The notes beneath the pieces are model-generated. The model searched no databases. It had not been told where the DNA came from and saw nothing but the letters and a program-made list of their open reading frames with translations. Shown piece by piece: positions 12,850-25,627 of a DNA stretch of 64,000 bases (the first letter of the stretch is position 1; every line of letters starts with the position of its first letter). Location of the stretch: contig NC_058368.1 of assembly GCF_018350175.1 (NCBI RefSeq), forward strand, positions 192,016,001-192,080,000, given 5' to 3'. The stretch is from Felis catus. Lineage: Eukaryota. The position numbers and the translations under genes were made by a program.

Positions 12850-13075
12850 GAGCTGGTTTAAGGAATAAGGGCTCAGACTTGGGAGTCAGGGATTTAAATC
12901 TATACCTTTGGGCAAACAATTCTCCCTGCTTCAGTCTACTTATTTGTAAAATGCTGGTAACAATACCACCTTCTTCATTAGGTCATTGTTGGGATCAAAT
13001 GACAAACATTAAAAAAAAAAAACATTTAACACAGAGCCTGGCATATGATTGATCAACAGTAGCAGAATGTTACTC
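12850..13075 (+). mobile_element. MIR inserted within L relic D
   Basis: MIR core (ctttgggcaa...tcagtctacttatttgtaaaatg...acagagcctggcatat). Confidence 0.75.
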
Positions 13076-13195
13076 AACCTTATAATTTGGGTCCTGAACG
13101 TTCCTGCTCGTTATACTGGATGCTCCAGTTAGAAAGAAACGCATTGGTCAGAGTACCCCACTCAGTAAAAAATGAATTATTTCTCAAGATTTTTA

Positions 13196-13320
13196 ATGGG
13201 CATTGAGGAGGGCACCTGTTGGGATAAGCACTGGGTGTTGCATGGAAACCAATGTGACAATAAATTTCATATTAAAAATACATACATACATACATACATA
13301 CATACATAAACATTAAAAAA
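13196..13320 (+). mobile_element. Short L1 3' end with (TACA)n/A tail
   Basis: Carnivore L1 3'UTR text; TSD aaga(t/c)tttta. Confidence 0.85.
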
Positions 13321-16300
13321 AAGACTTTTACTCCTTGCTGCATACAGCAACAGATAAATACACAACACAGTAGAGAGAGAAGATGACTAAATGTCACAAT
13401 TCCTAGGTTCTACTTCTGACTCACTACTGAGACCCCCAAGGCAATTCATTTAATTCCCTAAGCCACAGTTGCCTCATCTGTTAAACTAAAAAACTAAAAG
13501 TGGAGGGATAATGCTTCAAGGAGAATATTACCGTGGCTGCGTATGTCACAGTCACTGTGTCAAATAAAACTGTGAGAGTGAAAGCATTTTTTTTTTACTA
13601 GCCACAGTACGTGAATACAGATGGAAGAGTTAAAGGAGGGTCCCCTACGTGAGCCCTTCAGATTGCTGAAGGGGTCTGGAGGGCAGGCACTTCCTGGCCC
13701 AGAGTCACCCATTCGCAAGTTCCTTCAGCCACTTGCCAGGCAGTAGCCCCCGGATGACTTCTATTGCAACTTCCCTCTCTATTCCTGAGCCAAACAGGCA
13801 AAGAGCTGTGAAAGCAATTCCCAGGCTATGTCACTGTCGATCAGCTTTCCCCGCTGCCTCTGGAAACCCACTCTGTGAGTTAATTACCCATTGTGAAAAA
13901 GTCATTTATCCTCAAATCCCTGAGCACAGAGCCCTTTCAGATTGGTGCCCTCTCCTTTTTGAACCTTGTTGCTTCTAATTAGTTGTGACGTCCACCTTCT
14001 CTTCATGCCACAGAATATTGTCCCTTGCTCTCCTCTTCCCAGGTTGCCATATTTATTCCCATTTTTAGTATTTCTGGGGCCTGGGGAATCCTTGTGGACC
14101 TCAGATCCTAAGAGAAACCTTAAAATGTCAGCTGAGAGAAAGAGACAGACACACGGGAAGAAAGACTAATGAACCCATCTGTAAAGATATTGACTTGAAA
14201 TTGGAGCCACTCACTGGGCAGGGAGGGTACAGAGAATATTCAGCTAAGAAGCAGGAACTAGGATGGAGTTCTAGCCTATGTAGAATTTGATATTAGGAGA
14301 CATTAGAAATGGTCGAGGTCAAATTTATACATGTAAAAAAAAAATTACCTGGGTCATCTTTCTCTTTAGGCTCTTTATTGCTTGCTGCATGGTACAGAGG
14401 CCAAATATTATGGGCTCTGGAAGAATAATAACTAAGCCAGTGCCTCTTTAAGATGCACAGTCTAATTCAGTAGGTCCAGGGTGGGAGCTGAGATTCTGAA
14501 TTTTTAACAAACTCCTAGGCAATGTCAGTGCTGCTGGGTTCTAAGCAAGGTAGACACAAGTGGCTACTAAGGTGGAGAATCTGTGATCAAGCAACAGAAA
14601 AAGAGACTGAGAGGCTGAAAGGCAGTCAGATTCAAGGAAGAGGATTGTAAGGAAGTATTTGTACCCGCAGCAAGTGCTCGCGGATTCCTACTTTGTGTGA
14701 GGCCCTAAATATGAACCAGGGAGAATCGCTTCTGCCCCCATCAAGTCTGTAATCTGATACTAGACCGTAACTTCAATCCATTGGTAGACAACAGGGGAGA
14801 CAGGCAGGCTTGCAGAGACGAGAACTCAAGCGCCACCCCCCCCCCATCAACAACACCTCCAAAGCAGAATGCCTCTGCTGTCTCCCTAGTCTGCCATTAC
14901 TCAGGTGGGGGGGAGGGCCAATGCCCTCCGCCTGGACTACCGCAGGCTGGTCCTAACTCAGCTCCAAGCTTTCACTTCTTCCCTGCTTCCAGTTCACTCC
15001 CCGCCAACAGCCAAGAGCAGTCTTTTCAAGTAAATGAGAGTTCTGCTTCTGTCCCAGACGGAGAGACAGAATGGATTTACCCTCCTGCTTGAAACAAAGA
15101 TACATGAAACAACAGTTTTGAAGGCCCTGAACATCAGGCAATCCTCAGAGGGTGATCCTGAAAGATAGAAAAAGAAGTAAAGCCAACCCTGTGGTTTCCC
15201 CCAGCTAACTCTCTTAAGACTGTTTCCAGGCAAGGGCTCACAGAGGGGGACCCAGGCAGAGCCCGGTGGACTCCGAGTGGAGACAGAGCAGAGTCTGGGG
15301 AGACCAAGGCAAGATAGGCAAGAGCCACATGGGCAGAGAGCCCAAATTTCTGTACCAAGCCTCCTTTAATCACTCAGCAGGGTACTGAACATCATCAAAT
15401 ACGTAGGAGAATGCTGCCTGTGGCCAGGGAAAAAGCCATCCAAGAGAATTAGGTCACAGTTCCCTGTGATGTTCACCTGGGAATCAGCCCTGTCCCAGGC
15501 AGAGTGAACCCAAAACTCTGGAGGAAGGCCCAGAGACCTGTGTTTTACAGGCTCTCCAGGGAATATTCTGATATACATCCAATGTTGAGAATGACTGCCC
15601 TAAGAAAGTGGTTCTCTACTCTCACTGAGTATTAGGAGATCATCTAAGAGATTTTAGAAATCCTGATGCCTAGGCCCCATCTAGAGAACAATTAAATCAA
15701 TCTGACTCAGTAGGACTGGATATGACCTGAGAATCTGCCTTCCTAACAAGTTTCTGGGTGAGGCTGAAGCTGTTGGTCTAGGAACGTCAGGTTCAGGGTC
15801 TGATGAGGGGTGGAGCTTGCCCTTGGTAGCAAAGTATCTCTCTCTGCAGAGAAGACAAATGGTGTAGGTAGGAAATCAGGCAGAATCTGACAGATTTCCT
15901 CAAACCCCTCTACTGATGGGGAAATCACTATATTCCAAAGTGTCCTACCTGGGGATAACTCTAGTTATTAAGAATTTCTTACATGCTGAGCCAAAATCTT
16001 GCTCCCTATAACCTGTTTTTAATCCTTATTAAGGTCTTTTCCTTTTTCTGACTTCACTTTTCTCCCCTTTGAAGGGATTAAACTCTGTTATCAAGCTGTA
16101 GTTAATCACTTTCAGTATAATGGTGCTATTTGATTGATCTGTCAGTTTCTTAATATCTTGGCCCTATTAGGACCATGGCACTCAAACCTCGATGTACACC
16201 ACATCATACAGGAATCTGATGAAAGGCATACATTTGGGATCCCACCCCCAGAGCATCCCATACTATAGTCTGGGGTGAGTACCAGATGTCTGCATCTTCT

Positions 16301-16421
16301 TAAATATCAAGAGCCCTTCTGATTCTCTAGGCCACATCCTGGGACCTATGATCCTAGAAACTTGCTCTCAAGTACAGCATCCAATGAACCATTATTTGCA
16401 GAATGAATCCTTTCAGTGATT

Positions 16422-16644
16422 CTTATTTTATTATTATTTTTAAATGTTTATTCATTTTTGAGAGAGCATGAGTGGGGTAGAGGCAGAGAGAAAGAGAGAG
16501 GAGGAAGACACCGAATCTGAAAGAGGTTCCAGGCTTCAAGCTGTCAGCACAGAGCCCGATGCAGGCTCGAACTCACGGACCACTCCAAGATCATGACCTG
16601 AGCTGAGGTCGGATTCTCAACCGACTGAGCCACCCAGGCACCTC
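16422..16644 (-). mobile_element. CAN-SINE (feliform)
   Basis: tRNA-derived SINE; TSD tcctttcagtgatt. Confidence 0.95.
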
Positions 16645-17522
16645 TCCTTTCAGTGATTTTTAAACAAAGATACAGCATCCTAACAGCTTTCATTCTGAAC
16701 ACTGAAAATTCTGCTAACATCTCCAGGTACAATTCTGCCAACAAGGGTCCCTGCAATTTCTAGGTGGCCTGGGTGTCAAGGTGATCACTGAGGTTTATAT
16801 GTACAGAAGGTCTCCCACCACTAGGGAAGGTTAGACATTCTACTGCACTGGCCAGCTAAGAGTCACCCAGCCCAGGGGCCCAGACTCAGATGAAGTCAGC
16901 TCCAAGTCTAACAATCACATCCACTGGACAGGCTGACATCTTGTTGGCTACAAGCAGAGCTCTCGGACCTTTCAAGAATTCCTTTTATCTGAGAAGCCCT
17001 AGGAACAATGAATCAGAGACATTTTATACACAAAGCATTCAGAATGTTTGAGAACATCCAACTCTTTCTTCCAAGGAGCAATTATTAGTGTATTTCATAT
17101 GGGAGAGAAAACATCTATTAAATGCAAAGATGTCTCTGAACTCACAGCAGATTTCAAATGGGAACAGAGCAGCAGAGCTAGGACCCCAAGGGAGGCTGTG
17201 GTCAGTTTCTAACTTTTCCCGGGAAGGTCCATACATTGTCTTAGCTTAGCTAAGGGTAGGATCTTCCCATATCATGTTGAAGATACTGTTGGCATACTGC
17301 AGAGACGACTTCACTTTCAAGACCTACTTGTAGGACTTTGGGCAAGCCATTAACTTCCCTCATCCAGAGTCTAGGTCTCTACAGAAGGAATGATAGCCCC
17401 TGTGCCATGAATCTCAAAGCTCCTCACAACCACAGCAAAATATCCCATAAACTACTTGAGTATCAACAGTGCATACCACTTAGACTTTGCCATTATGTGT
17501 TTTCTAATTAACCCCTAAGGGA

Positions 17523-18046
17523 GTATAGTCAAGTTCTCTAGAGAAACAGACCCAGTGGGATACACAGATGGAGACAGATACGTCTCTCTGAGGGAACTGA
17601 AGAACTGGCTCTGAGGAATTATAGGAATTGGCTCATTCAGTTATAGAGGCTGAGAAGTATCTTGATTTGCTGTCTGCAAGCTGGAAACCCAAGAAGACCA
17701 GTGATGTAATCCAATACAATTCGGAAGGCCTGAGAACAACAGGCCAATGGTGTGAGTACTAACCTAAGTACTAAAGCCTGAGAACCATGAGCACTGATGT
17801 CTGAGGGCTGAATATGGAGATCTCAACTCAAGTGAGAGACACAGTTTGCCTTTCTACTCCTTTGTGTTCTGTTCAGAGCCTCAATGGATGGGGTGCCGCC
17901 CACCCACAAGAGTGAAAGCATCCGCTTTACTCAGTCTCATCCAAACAGTTAACTAGAGGAGAGACCCCCTCACAGACGCACCCACAACTGTTGTCTTGCC
18001 AGCTACCTAGGCTCAGTCAAGTTGACACACAAAATTAACCATCACA
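17523..18046 (-). mobile_element. MLT2 (ERVL) solo LTR
   Basis: Ends caagttgacacacaaaattaaccatcaca, the reverse complement of the MLT2 5' end. Confidence 0.85.
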
Positions 18047-18767
18047 AGATGAGGCTTTCCTTGTTGGTCATGGTGTTATTCGTGCCCACGAGCCCATCTA
18101 AAGGAAACCATCCTGTGCATAGTCCTTAATGATGAAGCAGCCACACACTGTGTTACTACCACCATCACTGTCTTCCAAGGACTCTGGCTGGACCATGGTG
18201 ACACCAGTGTCCCAAGACAGCCGATCCATGAGCTGGTTGATGGCCCTGAATTCTCAGGAGAATGAAACCTTCTGACCAGTGTCAGGAATTCGCAAGAGGC
18301 AACACAGGGAGAATGATAAAAACCATTAGGAGAAAAAACAATACAGCAGCCAAAATCATGAAGAGAACAGAGGGAGAGAAAAACTGTAGCAGGTTTGGAA
18401 CATAAATAGTGAAGGCAGGAGATACACTCAAAGCAGCAGAGATACAGAAAAGAGCAGAGTTTGTGGGACACCACCAGAATGCACACCCATTCACACCTGC
18501 TGCCTATGGCTTCACGACTCTCTTTAACCTGGTTCCTGTCTCCAAGAAGCCAGACTGTAACCATGGTTTCTTTGACTGCCTTCCTGTGAAAGCCCTTTCC
18601 TCTATGGCCACGTGTCTCCATTCCTGAGCTAGGCTTCTAGAAGTCTCCACCTCTGCAAACCCAAAGAACTTCACTCCTGTTCAGTTCGTAAACAATGTCA
18701 CAAACACACCTGAATTTGCTAAAGTCTGTGCAGGTGTTAATGGGACAGATACTAAGAGGGGTTTACC

Positions 18768-18982
18768 AGGGCGTCTGGGTGGCTTGGTCGGTTAAGCGTC
18801 TGACTTCGGCTCAGGTCATGATCTCGTGACTTGTGAGTTCGTGCCCCGCGTCAGGCTCTGTGCTGATAGCTCGGAGCCTGGAGCCTGCTTCAAATTCTGT
18901 GTCTCCCTCTCTCTGACCCTCCCCCGTTCATGCTCTGTTTCTCTGTGTCTCAAAAATAAATAAACATTGAAAAAAAATTTTC
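18768..18982 (+). mobile_element. CAN-SINE (feliform)
   Basis: TSD agaggggtttacc; inserted just upstream of motif A of relic C. Confidence 0.95.
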
Positions 18983-21900
18983 AGAGGGGTTTACCTCAGT
19001 AATAACTGAAGGGACCCCTTCAAATCCCAGCCATTTCGCTAGCAGTCTTCACAGCTTCCAGTCAGAGAGGGTCTTAGTGATCCCCACCCTTCGGCATCCT
19101 CCCAGGCTTCAGGTTGACCTGAGACGCCGGGACATGAACTTCCGAGAAGGGAGGTACAGATTTGCGTATTAGTTATACCAGAGCTTCAACCTATTGTTTT
19201 TTCTCCAGATTGCATCGTGCCCTTTACAAAACATTACAATCAAAGGAAGGGGCCCTTAATGATCTTTATTTTCCCCTCAGTTTAATGCGGGCGGCAAGGG
19301 AGAGGGGAATTCGTGGACTAAGCAAGTTGCCAGTGTGGCCGTTAAAGTGACGTGTGGCGAGGACAGCAGCAAAACCTGCTTAGCACTCACAAACACCTGC
19401 TGGGAAGTATTTTTTCTGCCTGGGTTGCAAACAGTATTAAAACAATTTTCTTCCTTTAAGAGAAAAAGAAGGGGGTGTAAGGGGGGAGAGCAGCTGTTTC
19501 TGTGGGCTAACCTCGTGGAACAAGACCAGGGAGAATTAAGAAATAAACAAGAGGCAGGGAGAGCAGGTAGGGGGTCTCTGGCTACATGGGGGCCCGGAGC
19601 TCGGCTCGGTTGACCCTTGCTCTTCAGCTCTGAAGGAAATTTCCAGCTCAGGCCATCAATTCCCACTTGGCCACCCTCATATCAGAGACTTTGGGGATTT
19701 CAGAGCGATCTCTCCGCCTCAATTCCCTACAGCCTGGAGCCTGCTGTGGCAAAGGCATTTTTTTTTATTGTGTGCAGAGGGCAAAGAAAAGATATAGCCA
19801 ACCTCCCTGCCCCCCTCTCTGGGGAGGTCAAGAGCTCACATTACCCTTCTGTGCATATTCCTTCTGCCCTAGTTCGGGTTCAGACCATCTCTCAGCAGAA
19901 TCTCCCAGGTGACCACCTACGTGGTCTCTCCACCTCTCATCTCTCTCTCCTCCCCTCAGTCTTCCACACCGGTGCCATAAACATCTAAAATGAAAGCAAT
20001 CCTATGTGGCCAGTGTCCCACAACATCTATGGATTCCTTTCAGTCATAACCTCTCAGCCCCACTTGTCACAATCTGACCCCAAGCCACCAATTCATCTTT
20101 AAATCTTCCATTAGGCTCATACTATCAATCTATGCTCAGTAGCTCATGATGCCCTAAGCCTTCCGTGAGGTCCCTCTTTCGCTGCCTTTGCTCTCACTAT
20201 CTGTTCCCCCAGGAGGGTCTTTTCTTACCCACAGGATTCTCAATTTCAAGCCCCAGGAAAGTGAAGGCATAAGGACGCTTGGAAAGGAAAACAATAAGTT
20301 CAGGTTCACATAACGTCAAGTTTGAGGTGGTATCAGGACCTCCCCCAAAAATATACAAGGGACCAGAAATATATTTAAAAGATCCAAAAAGCAAAGTCAA
20401 AGCTAGTGGTAAAGATTTAGGCACTGCTGTCTCGAAGACAATAGGCAGTTATACAATAAACGAGTATGTTCTGGACGGGAGCAGGCCCTTTTGAGATGGC
20501 TCATCTCTCTACCCACTTAGATTCTTTGTGCTAAGCAAATGTCTCATTTCATGTATTTTTCCTCTCAAAATTTCATCGGGCTAATTTGGATCTCCACAGA
20601 ACAGGAGTAATTACGTTTGGATGGAGAAAGAGTGACAGACAAGCACCCACTGTGGTGAAACATTTCATGAATTATACCAGCACTCATATTCCGAGATGGA
20701 ATCCTCCTTTGGGAGCGCTCATTAGCATATTAGACGCAACCACATCGGGACAGCAAGTTGCATTCTGCTTCCAGTCTGTCCCCAGAACACCTGTAACTTT
20801 CTCCTTTAATGGGGTCTCACATGCAAACAACCACACCAATGTTGTAAAACAGCATTCCCAACTTTGAACTCTCCTTCTCCTCAAATCGCTATCCTCTCAA
20901 TGGAAGGAAGGAAAGAACTCGATGGCTTTCATGAGCACTTACCCAAACCAGGAAAGGTTTCTCAAGTTTCTCACCTTCCACACATATCAACGGGTTACAT
21001 CGGTTGTAACAGGTCATGCTCAAGTGACACCCCCCTCACAAGGCACATTTATTTCTCACTCATGCTACTTATCTTCCAATAGTTAGTGCTACTTTTGTTC
21101 CAGGTCATTTTATTTGGAGACTGAGGGGAACAAAGCAATGATGGCCTGAGACACTGCTGGCTTTGTGACACAGTGGGGGCAAAGTGTGAATCATGCAAAG
21201 ACTCTTAACCCTTCCAGGCTGAAGTAACCCACGTCACACATGCTTGCCGATGACAGTTTGTTCCTGCTCACATTGTGTTGACCAAAAGTAAATCCCACGT
21301 CAGCGTGACGGGGATATATGATCATTCCGCCAAGAGGCAGCCAAGACTGTGATCGATGATACAATCTACCTGCGAGGGCAAACGCCGTGCAACACCAGTT
21401 TGCTCCTGTACCTCAGCATAGTTCAGGAGCCTTTGTTCAAATTGCCACAAAATACATCATCACCACATGCCTGGACAGGCCCAGGAAATGAGCGACAGGG
21501 ACACCATGGCCATCCGTGGTAGCAAGACAACAGACTGCAGCAACTCTCGATTCAAAAAGCTGCATCAAGACCCTTCGAGCTGCACGACCACGTTTCTGGT
21601 TCAGCCCTTGGTAAGAGGCCCCGGCAGGAGCGTAGCCTGACCAACACCACCTCGTCCTAGAAACCAAGTCTACAGCCACCTCCCTCTGTATCAGGTGATC
21701 CCCAAGTGGCTCCCATGAACAAAACTTTGTGCACAATTGTTTATTCAATGACTACTCGTGGTGCACCAACAATGCATAGGTTCTAAGCACTTGGCAAACA
21801 GGGAAAACACCAAGACTTCTGCCCTTGGTAAGTTGCTATTCTGATGAGTGGAGACCAGTAATAAAAGACACACATAATCAATGAATTACATAGAGGATGA

Positions 21901-21987
21901 CTAGTACTAGAAGGAAAACCAAGAAGGTCAGGGAAAGAAGAATAGTCTACCTTGTCTACAGGAAATGCTAGAAGTTCCCGAGTTAGA

Positions 21988-22213
21988 CACAGGTTTCTTC
22001 ACCTCTGTGCTATTGACCTTTTGGAGCAGAGGATTCTTTGTTGTGGGAGATGTTCTGGGACTGTCCAATGTTTAGTGGCACCTCTGACCTCTACCCACTA
22101 GAGGTCATTTTCCTAGTTGGCACCCACTTCCCCAGTTTCAACAACCAAAATTGCCTCTGGACTTTGCCCAATGTCCCCTGAAGGGCACGGTCATCTCTAG
22201 TTGAGAACCTCCG
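21988..22213 (+). mobile_element. MER20 hAT DNA transposon
   Basis: MER20-like text (ctacccactaga...acaaccaaaa...gttgagaacc) with gttaga(c/g)a flanks. Confidence 0.8.
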
Positions 22214-22784
22214 GGTTAGAGACACATAAGGGGTCTGGCTTTTAAGCACGTACTCAGATGTAACCACGGACCCTCACGGCCAGTCGCTTCCCACACTTTA
22301 CAACCTGACTACCATCTTACCAGCTGTTAGGCCTGGATTTCCTCTCTTAACCTCTCTGAGGCAAAATAGGGATAGCAGTGCTTTTCTCAGAGTTCGGGCC
22401 TAAGAACTCGCTGGCGAGATATAGGCAAATCAGCGAGTGTATGCTGCAATGAAGAATAAACCCTTCCAGCTCAGAATTATCAACTAGCAACCCCGTGTTT
22501 CCCTCTTAGCATCTTCTGATTAAGCTAAACGGGCATCACTGTTCTATTTCATAGAAGAAGTTAGACTCTAATTGACGAAGGTGTCCAAACGCATAATTAA
22601 CAGGTAGTAGAGCTGAGACAACCCGACCAATCCCCTCAGTTCCAATTCCCTCAGCCTTGTCACTGACCCACCACCTCCACCTAATTTTAACTTCATTGCA
22701 ACCACCTAAGGACACGCCTGCTAAGCAGAGCCAGAAAGCTTATTAGTAAAGGCAACCTTTTGGGTTCAGACTGTTGTTACTTGA

Positions 22785-23284
22785 GGGGCACCTGGGTGGC
22801 TCAGTCCATTAAGCATCCACCTTAAGTTCAGGTCATTATCTCAAAGTTTGTGAGTTTGAGCCTCATGTCAGGCTCTGCGCTGACAGCTCAGATCCTAGAG
22901 CCTGCTTCAAGTTCTGTGTCTCCCTCTCTCTCTCTCTGCCCCTCCGCCACTTGTATTTTCTCTGTCTCTCTCTTTCTGTCTCCCTCTCTCTCTCTCAAAA
23001 ATAAATATACATTAAAATTATTTTTAAAAAGACTGTTGTTACTGAAAATCGATTTAAGGGGCGCCTGGGTGGCTCAGTCAGTTAAGCATCCAACTTCAGC
23101 TCAGGTCATGATCTCACGGTTCATGAGTCTGAGTCCCGCGTCAGGCTCTGTGTTGACAGCTCAGAGCCTGGAGCCTGCTTCCGATTCTGTGTCTCCCTCT
23201 CTCTCTGCCCCTCCTCCACTCGCACTGAGTGTGTCTCTCTCTCAAAAAATAAATAAACATTAAAAACATTTTTTTTAATTAAAA
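22785..23284 (+). mobile_element. Two adjacent CAN-SINEs (22785-23029 and 23058-23284)
   Basis: Separate TSDs: agactgttgttact and aaaat(c/t)gatttaa. Confidence 0.95.
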
Positions 23285-24239
23285 AAAATTGATTTAACTC
23301 CCATGTGATACCGAAATACTTTAGATGTGCCTTTCAGGAAACTCCAGAAGGAAAAGCTCTGATCAGAGAGGTCCCATTTTGATGACCTCCAACACTGCCA
23401 AAAGCCTGAGAGCCCAGATCAAAGGGCATCTTGTTGTGGCTTTTCCTTGCTCCAGTGAGAGTCACTAAGAGCTGCTCATGCCCTATATCCAGGCTTCCCT
23501 TACCAGACCCTGGATAAAGCTCAGATCCAGACAAGATTCAAATGACCCAATAGGTTGAGGAAGGGGAAGAAAGGAGAAAGACTGGACTAGACCACGGTGG
23601 TTGGCTTTGAGCAAGTAAGGGCACACAATCTCCTGTTGCCATTTTAACAAGACCAGAGTCCTCTCAAGACACTAATTCCTCCCTGGATCACTGCTTCCCA
23701 GAGCAATAACATAAATCCACCTAACATTTAAGCAAAAGGATATTGAGCTTGGCAGATCAGTGCGGGGTATGTTTGCCTCCTGGAGTGATAAGGTCACCCA
23801 TTCAAGACCCACAAGGCAAGGGGTGTGGACATTCAGAGAGCCACAACATGAGGTAGTCAGGCCTAGTACAGAGGGTGAACATAATCTTTGAAGAAACAAA
23901 GAATAAGTGGGGAGACTCGAGCCAGATCCTTCCAGAAAACACAGGCTTGAAGTATCCAGCTATCATTAACAAATGCAAAAAGTTAAAAACAGGTCAAACT
24001 ACATCCTGGTATTCCAGGGATTAAAAAAAAAAAAAAGGAGCATTCTTAGGCCTGAAATGCCAAAGAGGCAGGTTTCCAGTCCTAAAACCTTGAACTCCCA
24101 CTACTTCGAGCTGATCAGCTGATTTTTCATGTCCATCAACTCACAACCTCCTCAATCTAACCTGTATCTCAAGTTGCAGATAAAACATCCATGTTTCCAT
24201 TGTCACAGTATGTCCTAAAGGCTAATCAAAACATCTCAA

Positions 24240-25310
24240 AGAATGTAAGAGGGAACAGATGGCTTCCCAAGTTGTTGATAAGAACTTAAGTCAGTGCCAC
24301 ATTTTCAAGAGTAATTGGGCAATGCCTTGCCCAATTTAACATGAACATTTCATTTGGAAATTCCACTTTTAGCAATCTATCCACAAGATCCACCCATTCA
24401 TGGGGGTGCCCGGGTGGCTCAGTCGGTTGAGCATCCGACTTTGGCTCAGGTTATGATCTCGCGGCTCGTGAATTCGAGCCCCGCGTCGGGCTCTGTGCTG
24501 ACAGCTCAGAGCCTGGAGCCTGCTTCTGCTTCTGTGTCTCCTTCTCTCTCTGCCCCTAACCCACTCGCATTCTGTCTCTGTCTCTCTCAAAAATAAATAA
24601 ACTTTAAAAAAAAATTTTTAAAAAAGATACATCCATTCATGGATAAATGTGTGTACAGGTTTATTCACTGCAGTGTCTTTTATAAAAGCCAAAAGCCAAG
24701 AACATTTAAAATGCGCATCAGAAAGGACTTTGGTTAAAACATGCCCAGTGAATATTAACCAGCCATTAAAAGGATGAGGTAAGGGGCACCTGGCTGTCTC
24801 AGTTGTTAAGTCTCCAACTTTGACTCAGGTCATGATCTCCCAGTACATGTGTCTGAGCCCCGCATCGGGCTCTGTGCTGACAGCTCAGAGACTGGAGCCT
24901 GCTTTGGATTCTGTGTCTCCCTCTCCACCTCTTCCCCACTCGCTCTCTGTCTATGTCTCAAAATGAAATAAACATTTGAAAAAAGGATGAGGTAAGTCTA
25001 CAGGTACTATGACAGAATAGGTGATCTCCAAAATGTACTCTTCAACGGAGGGGAAAAAAAAGGGCAAGGTACAAGATTTATTGCAGCATGCTACTGTTCA
25101 TGTTAAAAACTAAATTGGTTATGTGTGTGTTCGTACTTCTATACACATACATGTTTGAACTCCTTCACGCACATATTTATAGTCCTGTAGTATCTCTAGA
25201 AGGACGCATAAAGGCATACAAGGATACACACAGTAACAACAGCTGTCTTCCAAGAAGGGAAGGAGAAATTTCCTTTACGTTGTGATTCCTCTTTGTACGT
25301 GTGATAGAGG
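24240..25310 (+). mobile_element. Old L1 (L1M-type) 3' region with two nested CAN-SINEs (~24403-24622, ~24783-24978)
   Basis: aattccacttttagcaatctatcc...ttattcactgcag... L1M text; the SINEs have TSDs. Confidence 0.7.
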
Positions 25311-25627
25311 AGACATTTTAACGTAGATTTTTTTTTGTAGGTTTCCTAAGCATGGTAGCCTGCAGAGACCCTGCACGTCTATACATCTGAACAATCTCCA
25401 GCCCAGCTATAGGGCATACCAGGGATCAGGGAAAAGTCCCGCAAGTATTTTCAACTTGCAGTCATCTGTATACGTAGGATACAAATTGGCACATGATCCA
25501 CTGTCATTTTCTCCGCTCGAAGGCATATTAACCTTTGCCACGTCAACACCCCCTTGAACCAGTTCAGCACACTATTGGTGTGCAGTGAAAACTAATTTTC
25601 CAACTCACCTGAGAAAGTAGGATTTAG

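Larger units (their letters stand above)
10250..14660 (-). other. Mononegavirus L relic 'D' (paramyxo/pneumo/filo-like), regions I to VI, interrupted by MER5, MIRs and L1 pieces
   Basis: In order: LDHRFSTL; F*GF; EIIHFLLSG and VSF*L..V*RAG..NYKV (~Sendai EIINYVESG..ISYSL..IKQEG..TYKM); QGVVLGSAEVL* (~NGMVKGEIDLLK); DLK..CL..IFG (motif A); IE* (motif B); GPFVN (~RSV GPWIN); KCLYR (~EBOV KCFYR); SQGDIIIYIKSVV and M*LLES (~SQDLTSFLRQIV, KWLLSS); ILEKT (=RSV); PYLAS; LH*; L*NC; MFMGGG (~FxGEG). Confidence 0.65.
15050..21750 (-). other. Mononegavirus L relic 'C', pneumovirus-like, N-terminus to region V, interrupted by L2, MLT2, MER5 and SINEs
   Basis: Ordered matches to RSV L: DLVSR~NLISR; FLVW~FLTW; NLLSR (20745-20759) identical; FLHPNV~FGHPMV; TSLLG~VSLTG; SDWKL*RLL~GDLELQKIL; TDFSKF.CVCDIVYEL (~18685-18729)~TDLSKF..CICSDVLDEL; LLGDRNQ (18529-18549)~LINGDNQ; HKL; GP.INQLMD~GPWINTILD; HLKS; GADFI~NAEFV; INLSD~IDLND; KAVRM~KAEKI; VHR; QNC. 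Confidence 0.75.

Noticed and set aside
18282..18494. Hydrophobic ORF resembling a viral glycoprotein anchor
   Set aside because: It is an alternative frame of a T-rich stretch lying inside the collinear L relic.
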